NCBI GenBank assembly: GCA_964529415.1
Contig: CAZGWD010000003.1
Coordinates: forward strand, 194,341 to 258,340
Origin: an uncultured Leptospirales bacterium
Lineage (GTDB): Bacteria > Spirochaetota > UBA4802 > UBA5550
Length of the DNA: 64,000 nucleotides
Direction: 5' to 3'
In this document: piece by piece, positions 27,994 to 36,598 of the stretch
Numbering within the stretch: the first letter of the stretch is position 1
Layout of the letters: every line of letters begins with the position of its first letter
Notes under the pieces: model-generated
Told to the model about the DNA's origin: nothing
Seen by the model: only the letters and a program-made list of their open reading frames with translations
Databases searched by the model: none
Translations under genes and position numbers: made by a program

Positions 27994-29847
27994 ATGAATC
28001 GGGCTGAAACATTACAGATCAAGCCGGATATCACAGGACATATTCATCTGCTCTATGTGCCGACTCTGCACTGCAATCTGAGCTGCAGGTACTGCTACCT
28101 CGGAGATCAAACTGACTCCGCCTCTCTACGGATTGATTCAGAAAGGGCAGAGCATACGCTACAGCACGCACTTGGTTCTTTTCTCAATGAAGGTATTCTT
28201 CCATTTAATGTATCTTTGCATGGAGGCGAAGTTACTACACTGCCTGCACCGGTTCTTGAATCGCTATTCCACATCATCCGCAGTCATTATACTTATTACT
28301 ACGACGAGCTGACATCGCTTGGATACAGAAAATCTGATCCTCATGTAAAAACCAATCTTTTTAATTTTCACAAGCTCTATGATTTATTTGACCGCAATAA
28401 AGTTTCTATCAGCGCGAGTGTTGATTTACCTCTGTCCCTTCACGGAAAATACCGCACAGACCGCCGAGGACAAGGATGGCTTGAAGGAACACTCAATAAT
28501 ATCCGCCTGCTTGGCAAATATCCCCACAGCAAAAAAATGTCATCAACCCTGTACATAGAACATCTTGAAAACATCTCTCAAATTATAAATGATATCTGGA
28601 AGATACATAATGAACTGGGTTTTGATATGAATAATTTCAATTTCATGTTCGGTTTTGAATCTTCGTTAAATAATCTTAAATATGATAATTCTTCTGATAA
28701 AATTCTACAGGCAAAGGAAGATCAGCAGCTTCAGTTTTATGAGGCAATGAAAGAGGCATTTACAGGAACTGAACTTGAATACGGACTGAAACGGAACTGG
28801 TTTGATGAATTCAAACCTGAATACTGCACGAATTCGCTCAACTGCGGCGAAAAATTTTTTCTCCTTCAGGGAGACGGGTCAATCTACTCATGCGTTCGGG
28901 GACAGGGACTTCCGCAGTTTTTTTATGGAAACATTTTCAATGATTCAGTGAAAGATATACTTCATGCAGCCCGCAGCAGAGTAAACCTTGCTCACCAGAA
29001 TCAGGGCCTTGATCCTGAATGCAGACAGTGCAGCTATATCGGAATCTGCAGAACAGGCTGCCCTATAGTAAAAATGCAGAATAAAAGAAACAGATCATAC
29101 ACATGCTCATTGCAGAAAGCTATTTACAGGGATAATCCAATCAGTTACCCGCCTCTTTTAAAATCAGAAGAACAGAATTATGCTCTCAGGGAATATATTG
29201 CAGAAATGCACCCGAATCTTATATATGAATTACAAAACGAGGAACTCCCCCAAAGTGTCAGTACTGCATTATTCCCGGCTGAAATTCAGGATGAAAAAAA
29301 CTCTCTTGCAATGATTATCAGCAGGGACAGAATCCTTGAATCACTCTACAGCGATAGCGCTTTTTTCATTTCAGTAAATGGAGAACAGATACCTCTTCAA
29401 TCGCAGATACTTAAAAGGGATCGTTCCTTATATACAATAGGTCCTGGTGATAAAATAAATCTGTTTATCCGCAAATCCATATTTGAAATAAACTGCGACG
29501 AAATTATCCGCAACACTCTGTATATTCAAATACTTAGAGATACACCTGTAGTTTACGGTGATGAAAAGCGTACAAAACAGGAGCACATCCTAACTCACCA
29601 GATTTATTACAATCTTTTAAAGCCGGGCAATCTTCCGGATAAAGATTTTTTAATGGCTGATATTACAGGCTTATTTTCATTGTATAGAGATGATTTTATA
29701 AAAAACATCCTGAACAATATATTTGTAACCACTTATTATCTGAGAGAATATCATTACCAGAAACAGAAGGCGAATGCGTTTTATCATATACAGGCATTGA
29801 ATCTGCCGTTCCAGAATTTTGAATTCTACTGGGACGAGAATAAATAA
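27994..29847 (+). CDS. Radical SAM/SPASM-domain enzyme with long C-terminal extension
   Basis: CNLSCRYC (CxxxCxxC), HGGE, SISASVD; SPASM-type cysteines CTNSLNC...YSC...CRQCSYIGICRTGCP...C; ~230 aa remain after SPASM. Confidence 0.9.
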   Translation: MNRAETLQIKPDITGHIHLLYVPTLHCNLSCRYCYLGDQTDSASLRIDSERAEHTLQHALGSFLNEGILPFNVSLHGGEVTTLPAPVLESLFHIIRSHYTYYYDELTSLGYRKSDPHVKTNLFNFHKLYDLFDRNKVSISASVDLPLSLHGKYRTDRRGQGWLEGTLNNIRLLGKYPHSKKMSSTLYIEHLENISQIINDIWKIHNELGFDMNNFNFMFGFESSLNNLKYDNSSDKILQAKEDQQLQFYEAMKEAFTGTELEYGLKRNWFDEFKPEYCTNSLNCGEKFFLLQGDGSIYSCVRGQGLPQFFYGNIFNDSVKDILHAARSRVNLAHQNQGLDPECRQCSYIGICRTGCPIVKMQNKRNRSYTCSLQKAIYRDNPISYPPLLKSEEQNYALREYIAEMHPNLIYELQNEELPQSVSTALFPAEIQDEKNSLAMIISRDRILESLYSDSAFFISVNGEQIPLQSQILKRDRSLYTIGPGDKINLFIRKSIFEINCDEIIRNTLYIQILRDTPVVYGDEKRTKQEHILTHQIYYNLLKPGNLPDKDFLMADITGLFSLYRDDFIKNILNNIFVTTYYLREYHYQKQKANAFYHIQALNLPFQNFEFYWDENK

Positions 29848-29861
29848 AAGGATGTAATATT

Positions 29862-30326
29862 ATGCAAAAAGGAAATCCAAAAGAAATAGCTGCCAATGTT
29901 GAAAGGTTCCTCGATCTGCTTGGCCTTCACGACGACAAAAACAGGACGTCCATTGAACAGGATATTGTAAATAACCTTGTTGAACTGCACAGTAAAAAGC
30001 CTTTTGTTGTTTATTCGCACAAGAGCATTTTTCTATACAGCGGCGACAAGGTTATAAAAGAATATAATGCGGATGTTTCCCCATATGAAAATGTTGTTCA
30101 TTGTAATGATAAAAAAATATCCATGCTCGACAAGGAATCTTTTCTGCAGAATCACCATGTGCATATTGCCGGCGCTGTAACTGCAGCAGCTCTCATTGCA
30201 GCTGGTGCTTCAGCACGGGGTGATGATGCCAATCATGATAAGGTTAAAGACAAATCACGCGTGAGATCGAGCAACAACAATAACAATAATAATAACAACA
30301 ATAATAATAACAATAACAACGGCTGA
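29862..30326 (+). CDS. 154-aa protein with Ala-rich segment and C-terminal poly-Asn tail (candidate rSAM substrate/precursor)
   Basis: AAGGA RBS, starts 14 nt after the rSAM stop; ends ...AGAVTAAALIAAGASARGDDANHDKVKDKSRVRSS-N16-G. Confidence 0.75.
   Translation: MQKGNPKEIAANVERFLDLLGLHDDKNRTSIEQDIVNNLVELHSKKPFVVYSHKSIFLYSGDKVIKEYNADVSPYENVVHCNDKKISMLDKESFLQNHHVHIAGAVTAAALIAAGASARGDDANHDKVKDKSRVRSSNNNNNNNNNNNNNNNNG
30273..30320 (+). repeat. 16 consecutive Asn codons (8 AAC + 8 AAT, interspersed)
   Basis: AAC AAC AAT AAC AAT AAT AAT AAC AAC AAT AAT AAT AAC AAT AAC AAC, then GGC TGA. Confidence 0.97.
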
Positions 30327-30409
30327 GATATGAGGATGAAACCGCATAATTTGAAGAGGCAGATATTCAGAAAAATAAAATTATGACTGCAATCTCAGAT
30401 CTGAGCTGA

Positions 30410-32086
30410 TCATATTTTCTTGATATCTTCATAAAGTCCAATGCACAATATTCTTTCTTTATCTGTAAAAGACCGGCCTTCATGAATGAATTCCGCTTTC
30501 CCGTTTTTTTCTATCAGAAGAGGGTATAAATTGTGACCGTCTCTAACCAATTGTGTATTTTGAGAATGAATCCATGCATGATCAGCTGTAGAGATATCGA
30601 GCATGACAAAAAAATGCCCTTCCCAGTTAAAAGCAAATACTGTATCAGAGTGAATTGCAGACGCGGCAAATGTAGGCGCTGATATCTGTGAGGTGCTGAG
30701 AACGCTGTCAATGGCAAAAGCTTCCTTTGCCTTTTCGCCGATGTCCCGGTTGAAAATTCTTGCAACAGTTCTGATTCCGGGATTGGTAAGTTTTGAATCT
30801 ATAAGGATGTTAAGGTTTACGAGATCGTCATCAGTGAGAGCCATTATCGCGCGTGCGTTTGCTGCTCCGGCCTTTGCTAAAATATCACCCTGGGTTGCAC
30901 TTCCGAAAATCACCGGTATTTTTCCTCTTATCGATGAAAGAAATTCACTTTCTGTATTTTTTTCTATTGCAACAATTTTTTCTCCGCTTTCAATGAGAAG
31001 GTTTGTAACACGATAGCCTATATTCCCAAGACCAGTCACTATAACATGGTCATGAAGCTTTTTAACACGAAGGCCGAAAAACTGGCTGAATCTCCTGCTG
31101 ATAATCATATCTGTAATAATCGAAAAAATAGACGCAATTAGAGCTGCTCCGCCGAACATGACAAAGCAGCCGAAAATTTTCACAAGAGGACCTGCGTTCT
31201 GCAGATTGAAGTCGCCGTAGCCGACTGTTGTTGTTGTAGTAATTGTAAAATAAAGCGCATCGAGCACGGAAATATTGAGGCCGAAATGAAACACCGGAAC
31301 AGCAACAGCAAGCAGGGATAAATATCCGATAATTGTAACCCTTATATGAGAAGGAATAGACTTAACTTTTTCAATAAAATTTTTCCCTGTGTGAATCTGC
31401 TTTTTAATAATATTGCCTGCTGTATCAGCAAGACTGAACTCCCTGAAGTCCCTGGCAATGTCCCTATCTGATGTTAGATAAATTATTTTTTCATTAATTG
31501 CAGGCCTGTAGGTTTTATCAGGGGTTCCCCCTGAATATCCCGAGCTCATGATTATTTTAATCCCGAATTTTTCTTCCCACTCATCTATGCTGCTTCCAGC
31601 CAGTATTGTTTCATTTGTTACAGTTTCTTCAGCAATAAAAAAAATCGTATTGCCGAATTTAAAGGAATGTATCATAGATTTGTTCAGGCAGGCTGACACA
31701 AACGATGAAGCGGAAAGAGATGACGCTGATAATGCCTTGTGGATTCCGAACCCTCCCTGTATTTTCGCTGAAAAAACTTCATCAAACATCCTGTTTACAA
31801 TTTTTATTCCAGGCTTTAATTCCCTCGCAATAATTGCAATTTCAAGATTTATGACATCATCACCGGTCAGCGCCATTATTACATCCGCATCATTGATACC
31901 GGCCTGAATCAGAATATCCCGGTCGCGCGCATCGCCTTCAAGAATTTTTTCGCACGATGCAAGTACCGATTTTTCAAATACCCTCTGATTTCCAAGAGAG
32001 ATAACCGCCACAGTTTCATTGGCTGATATAAACTGCTCAATTACCCTTTTAGCAATATTCCCGAGGCCGCAAACTATAACTTTCAT
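30410..32086 (-). CDS. Potassium channel with N- and C-terminal RCK/TrkA domains
   Basis: GLGNIA and GLGNIG Rossmann motifs, TTTTTVGYGD selectivity filter between two TMs. Confidence 0.9.
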   Translation of the reverse strand: MKVIVCGLGNIAKRVIEQFISANETVAVISLGNQRVFEKSVLASCEKILEGDARDRDILIQAGINDADVIMALTGDDVINLEIAIIARELKPGIKIVNRMFDEVFSAKIQGGFGIHKALSASSLSASSFVSACLNKSMIHSFKFGNTIFFIAEETVTNETILAGSSIDEWEEKFGIKIIMSSGYSGGTPDKTYRPAINEKIIYLTSDRDIARDFREFSLADTAGNIIKKQIHTGKNFIEKVKSIPSHIRVTIIGYLSLLAVAVPVFHFGLNISVLDALYFTITTTTTVGYGDFNLQNAGPLVKIFGCFVMFGGAALIASIFSIITDMIISRRFSQFFGLRVKKLHDHVIVTGLGNIGYRVTNLLIESGEKIVAIEKNTESEFLSSIRGKIPVIFGSATQGDILAKAGAANARAIMALTDDDLVNLNILIDSKLTNPGIRTVARIFNRDIGEKAKEAFAIDSVLSTSQISAPTFAASAIHSDTVFAFNWEGHFFVMLDISTADHAWIHSQNTQLVRDGHNLYPLLIEKNGKAEFIHEGRSFTDKERILCIGLYEDIKKI

Positions 32087-32177
32087 TTATTTTTCCTGAA
32101 CAAAAATATATTAGCAGAATAAGTGCAACAGGGATAGTTTGAAAAAAATTTATGAGCCATTCAGAATTAGTTAAAAA

Positions 32178-34634
32178 TCAGCAGCTGCCATCAGGTCCAT
32201 ATAAAAGATCATGCATTGCTTTAGACAATATCTCCAGAGTAAAAGGCTTCTGAATAAAACCGTTGATACCATAGCTTAAAGCGAGATTGACCCGCTCATC
32301 CTGCCTGAAACCTGAAGCAAGAAGGCTTTTTACATTCGGATCAATTTTTTTCATTTCAAGATATGCCTGTTCGCCGGACATTTTAGGCATAACCAGATCA
32401 ATAATCACAGCCTTGATTTCATTGTGCCTTTCTCTGAACATTTCAGCACCTTTAATGCCGTCGGTTGCCTCTATCACATCATAACCGCATTTCTCAAGAA
32501 TTGAACGCGATGTTTTCCGCATAATTTCCTCATCGTCAACGACAAGAATAAGACCTTTACCCGTAGGAAGAGCAAATTCCTTTTTATTTTCTGTATCATA
32601 ATTATCTTTATTAAGTACAGGCAGAAAAACATTCACTGTAGTTCCGATTCCAGGCTCTGAATATACATCAATAAAACCGTTATTCTGATGTATTGTATTG
32701 TACACCATGCTCAGACCAAGGCCAGTACCCTTGCCTCTTTCTTTTGTTGTAAAAAAAGGAACAAATATTTTTGAAATATTTTTCTGTTCTATACCCACTC
32801 CGGAATCTCCAACTGAAAGCATCCAGTACTCGGTCTCCTGAGCTTCAGGATGTGAAACAAGAAAATGCTTATCAGCGTTTAACCGTCTTATTGTGATAGT
32901 CAGCTTGCCGCCTTTTGGTTCATTTTCTTCTCTCATCAATGTCATCGCGTGGCTGGCATTAATGCAAAGATTCAGAAGAACCTGTTCAATTTGGGTAGGA
33001 TCAGAAAAAACCATTATTCTGCTTTCCGGAAGATCTGTCACAATCTCTATAGATTTATCAAAGGTGTTGCTGCATATTTTTTTTACATGCTTAACAGTAA
33101 GCGAAAGATCAACAGGGGCATAGGCAGTCTCCTGCTTATGAGCCAGAGCAAGAAGCTGCTGAACCATATCAGTGGCCCGCTGGCTTGATTCTTCCATCGT
33201 TTCAATATATTTTCTTATCTCGTTAACATCCAGTTTCTTTTCTACATTAATCTCATACTTGAAAATAGAAAGTGTCCCGGTTATACCACCCATAATATTG
33301 TTGAAATCGTGCGCAAGTCCTCCTGCAAGTGTTCCTATTGTTTCCATTTTCTGAGATTGAGCAAGATTTGCTTCAAGTTTCAGCTTTTCAGTAACGTCAC
33401 GGATGATGCCGCGCAGCCCGGATAATTTCCCTGAATTATCAAAAATTACAACTGTGCTGTTTTCACCATAAAAATACCCGCTGTCCATTTTAATTATTTT
33501 ATGAGTGGCAAAAATCTTGCTTTCAAGATTGATTTCCTCTTTCTTTGCAAAACTGTATATTCTGTCAAAATCATCTTTATACAGAAGTCTGCTTAACGGC
33601 AGTCCCTTTATTATATCAGATTCGCAATACCCTGTCTGGAAGTATCCGGCTTTATTTAAATAGGTTATATTAAAATTTATGTCCGTTTCGTATATAACAT
33701 CCGGGAGCATATCGGTAAGTTCCCTGTAATTCTTTTCAGATTTTATAATGCTGTCTCTGCTGGTTTTCAGATCTGAAATCATAAGATTGAATTCGTTTGA
33801 AAGAAATCCAATCTCATCCTGGGAAGATACACTTATTCTATGTTCGAGATTGCCGTTATGTATTTCCTTGATACCGAGAAGAAGTTTTTTCAGAGGCCAG
33901 GAAAGACTTACATAAACTATTAGAATAAGGAAGATAAGAGTAACTGCTGCTGTTCCGGCAACATACATAGCTGACCTGAACCACAAAGCTCTCATTGAAT
34001 CCTGAATGTCCTGCGTGTAAAGGCCTGAACATACAACCCAGTCCCATGGCCAATAGTATCTCGCATAAGTGATCTGCGGTTCAAATATCTCCGGGCTGTA
34101 CTTTGACTGCCAGATATAACTTACGAAAGTCTCGCTGTCCCTCTGCGAATTGATAACCATTTCCCTGAACAGACGGACCCCGTTACGGTCCATTACATTC
34201 ATCATGTTTTTGCCTTCAAGTTCAGGTTTTAGCGGATGCATGACCATGTTTCCGTTGCCATCAAGAATAAAAAAATATTCGGTCTTGTCGTATCGCATCT
34301 CCCGGAGAGTTTTAATGATTAAAATTTTTGCCTCATCTATGTTTTTCGGTTCATTAAACCGGGGTTCAGTAATTTTTATTTTATTTTCTTTATGCCCGTA
34401 AAAATTCAGGCGCATGTCTCGCTCGTAGTGATCCATGAGTGAAACAGCTGAATTTACTACTGCTTTCAGTTTTCCTTTTCTCTCATCAACTTTTTCTTTT
34501 TCAAGATTCGGGAGGATTAAAATATAAACTATTAATGTAAAAAGGAAAATAACAAAAACACCAATCAGGTTGATTTTCCACTGAAGTGAAAGATTTTTAA
34601 ATTTAACAGTAAAAATTTTAAAAATAGTTTTCAT
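32178..34634 (-). CDS. Hybrid sensor kinase Cache-HAMP-PAS-HisKA-HATPase-REC
   Basis: YFFILDGNGNMVMHP Cache domain, DEIGFLS HAMP, AGGLAHDFNN H-box, PFFTTKERGKGTGLGL, ILVVDDE...DLVMP...QKPF receiver. Confidence 0.92.
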   Translation of the reverse strand: MKTIFKIFTVKFKNLSLQWKINLIGVFVIFLFTLIVYILILPNLEKEKVDERKGKLKAVVNSAVSLMDHYERDMRLNFYGHKENKIKITEPRFNEPKNIDEAKILIIKTLREMRYDKTEYFFILDGNGNMVMHPLKPELEGKNMMNVMDRNGVRLFREMVINSQRDSETFVSYIWQSKYSPEIFEPQITYARYYWPWDWVVCSGLYTQDIQDSMRALWFRSAMYVAGTAAVTLIFLILIVYVSLSWPLKKLLLGIKEIHNGNLEHRISVSSQDEIGFLSNEFNLMISDLKTSRDSIIKSEKNYRELTDMLPDVIYETDINFNITYLNKAGYFQTGYCESDIIKGLPLSRLLYKDDFDRIYSFAKKEEINLESKIFATHKIIKMDSGYFYGENSTVVIFDNSGKLSGLRGIIRDVTEKLKLEANLAQSQKMETIGTLAGGLAHDFNNIMGGITGTLSIFKYEINVEKKLDVNEIRKYIETMEESSQRATDMVQQLLALAHKQETAYAPVDLSLTVKHVKKICSNTFDKSIEIVTDLPESRIMVFSDPTQIEQVLLNLCINASHAMTLMREENEPKGGKLTITIRRLNADKHFLVSHPEAQETEYWMLSVGDSGVGIEQKNISKIFVPFFTTKERGKGTGLGLSMVYNTIHQNNGFIDVYSEPGIGTTVNVFLPVLNKDNYDTENKKEFALPTGKGLILVVDDEEIMRKTSRSILEKCGYDVIEATDGIKGAEMFRERHNEIKAVIIDLVMPKMSGEQAYLEMKKIDPNVKSLLASGFRQDERVNLALSYGINGFIQKPFTLEILSKAMHDLLYGPDGSC

Positions 34635-34879
34635 TAGTTTCCCGGTAAATTAAATAAAGTTTTTTATTATACCTGGTTTATTTAATAATACAACTTTTTT
34701 TTTAATAAAGTATAAAAAACATGCAAATTTGAAAAATTTTAACATAAAAAATATCCAATAATGCATTAAATGTTTTGTTTTTATAATTGAACTAAATTCG
34801 ATTATGAAAAAACTTCTAATAAAGTATTGACAAAGAATATTTTCTTATCTAAAAAATTAAAAAAAATGGAGTCAATAAA

Positions 34880-35665
34880 ATGAAATCCAAATCAATAAAA
34901 ATTATGCTCACTGTTCTAAACATAACCGGTTTCATTGCTACTGTAATTATTAATGTCCTTGCAAACGCTCTTCCTATAAACGGCAAAAACACAGGAGCCA
35001 TTTCTGATTCGCTGCCGAATTTATTTGCTCCGGCAGGTTTTGTTTTTTCCATCTGGGGATTGATTTACATTATGCTTTTAGCATTTTCAATATACCAGCT
35101 GATTACAGTATTTTTAAAAAATGAAAAACAATCTGAATTTCATAAACAAATAAGCTTTTATTTTATTCCAGCCTCTGCAGCAAACTGTTTCTGGATCCTC
35201 GCCTGGCATTATGAACTATTCCCTCTATCGTTAGTTTTAATGCTGATTTTATTCGCAAGTCTTTTAATCATATATTTAAGACTCGGCATAGGCGAAGCCG
35301 GGCACTCTAATCTGGAAAAATATTTTGTGCACCTGCCTTTCAGTATTTATCTTGGATGGATCACGGTTGCCGCAATAGCAAATTTTACAGCAGTTTTTGT
35401 ATCCATCGGATGGAAGGGTTTTGGTTTAAATCCTCAGGTATGGACAGTTGCTGTAATTATAACTGCAGTATTAATATCAGCATTGATGCTTTTCCGGAAA
35501 AAAGATATTTATTTTAATATTGTTATTATATGGGCGCTGACAGGAATAGCATTCAAGAGAGCTTTGTTTAATGACGCTTATGCAGTTTATATCTCTGCAA
35601 TTTCCGGTATAATAATACTTACAGTTTTATGCACTATTCAGTATTTCAGAAAAGAAGTTTATTGA
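34880..35665 (+). CDS. TspO/MBR-like tryptophan-rich multi-TM membrane protein
   Basis: FAPAGFVFSIWGLIY, NCFWILAWHY and FSIYLGWITVAAIAN motifs; about 8 TMs. Confidence 0.75.
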   Translation: MKSKSIKIMLTVLNITGFIATVIINVLANALPINGKNTGAISDSLPNLFAPAGFVFSIWGLIYIMLLAFSIYQLITVFLKNEKQSEFHKQISFYFIPASAANCFWILAWHYELFPLSLVLMLILFASLLIIYLRLGIGEAGHSNLEKYFVHLPFSIYLGWITVAAIANFTAVFVSIGWKGFGLNPQVWTVAVIITAVLISALMLFRKKDIYFNIVIIWALTGIAFKRALFNDAYAVYISAISGIIILTVLCTIQYFRKEVY

Positions 35666-35675
35666 AAACATTTCA

Positions 35676-35721
35676 TTAATTCAACCTCAGCATAATTTTA
35701 AATATGCTGAGGTTGAATTAA
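35676..35721. terminator. Perfect 19-bp inverted repeat between convergent genes (bidirectional terminator candidate)
   Basis: TTAATTCAACCTCAGCATA-N8-TATGCTGAGGTTGAATTAA. Confidence 0.7.
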
Positions 35722-35769
35722 GCTGCAGAACTATTTAATGAATAATTTATTATGATGTTATTTATAAAA

Positions 35770-36450
35770 TTATTCTTTGATGAATTTCAATGTTTCCAGC
35801 CTGGTCAGAGTCACCTTTGCTGATACTCTCGGAGCATTCACCAGATGCCAGATTGTATACTGTTCAGGGTACAGGTTTTCAGCTGATATTCCATCTACAG
35901 GAACAATAACCTGCATTCCCCTCAAAGCAGCGCCGCTTGCAGTATAGATTACAGCTCCATGGGCAGCAGTTCCTGTTACAATTACTGTCTGAATTTTTCT
36001 GTCTTTGAGAATTTTCTCAAGATCAGTTCCAAAAAATTTATCAGGTCCGGATGTAACTACAGGCTCATTTTTTAATGGTGTTAACTCTTTTGAAATATCA
36101 TCAGCCGAAGCTCCTGGAGAAAGACTGTATATCACTGTAACGCCTTTTGCACGCGCTTCTTTTAATATTTTTTTCATTTTCGGTATTGATGAAATACATC
36201 TCGGGCGTTTTTCTGCGTTACAGGTCTGTTTATTGAAATCAAGCAAAAGCAGAGCAGTTGATTTCGGGTCTGCTTTAACTGATTTAAGCTCAGGCGCTTG
36301 AGGAGATTTTATCGTGTCCCAGCTTTTAATAATATCCGGATTTTCGTCTGAATATAAATTTAAACCGAAAAATAAAACAGGAACAGAAAGGATCATAATA
36401 AAAAATAAAACTTTAACTGGAATGACTTTAATTTTTAATACGCTTTTCAT
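35770..36450 (-). CDS. Exported isochorismatase/cysteine-hydrolase-fold protein
   Basis: STALLLLDF, DKFFGTDLEKILK, TVIVTGTAAHGAV, VIVPVDG; N-terminal hydrophobic signal. Confidence 0.8.
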   Translation of the reverse strand: MKSVLKIKVIPVKVLFFIMILSVPVLFFGLNLYSDENPDIIKSWDTIKSPQAPELKSVKADPKSTALLLLDFNKQTCNAEKRPRCISSIPKMKKILKEARAKGVTVIYSLSPGASADDISKELTPLKNEPVVTSGPDKFFGTDLEKILKDRKIQTVIVTGTAAHGAVIYTASGAALRGMQVIVPVDGISAENLYPEQYTIWHLVNAPRVSAKVTLTRLETLKFIKE

Positions 36451-36598
36451 TTTATTACTCCTGATATTTAAATTTATGAATATCTACAGAAACACCCATT
36501 TGTATTACAGGCATTTATATAGAATTACAACAAGTATAATAATTGACAAACAGTTTGCAAACAGAAAATGTTAAATAAAAATTTCACTGGAGGCAGAA

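Noticed and set aside
27959-27997. 12-codon ORF MNAKTINLFGKK overlapping the rSAM start (ATGA), considered as a precursor peptide
   Set aside because: Too short, no clear RBS, no leader/core structure; the downstream poly-Asn protein is the better candidate.
36543-36563. TTGACA overlapping CAAACAGTTTG palindrome upstream of the acyl-CoA synthetase
   Set aside because: No well-spaced -10 element and the palindrome is short; cannot be supported as an operator.
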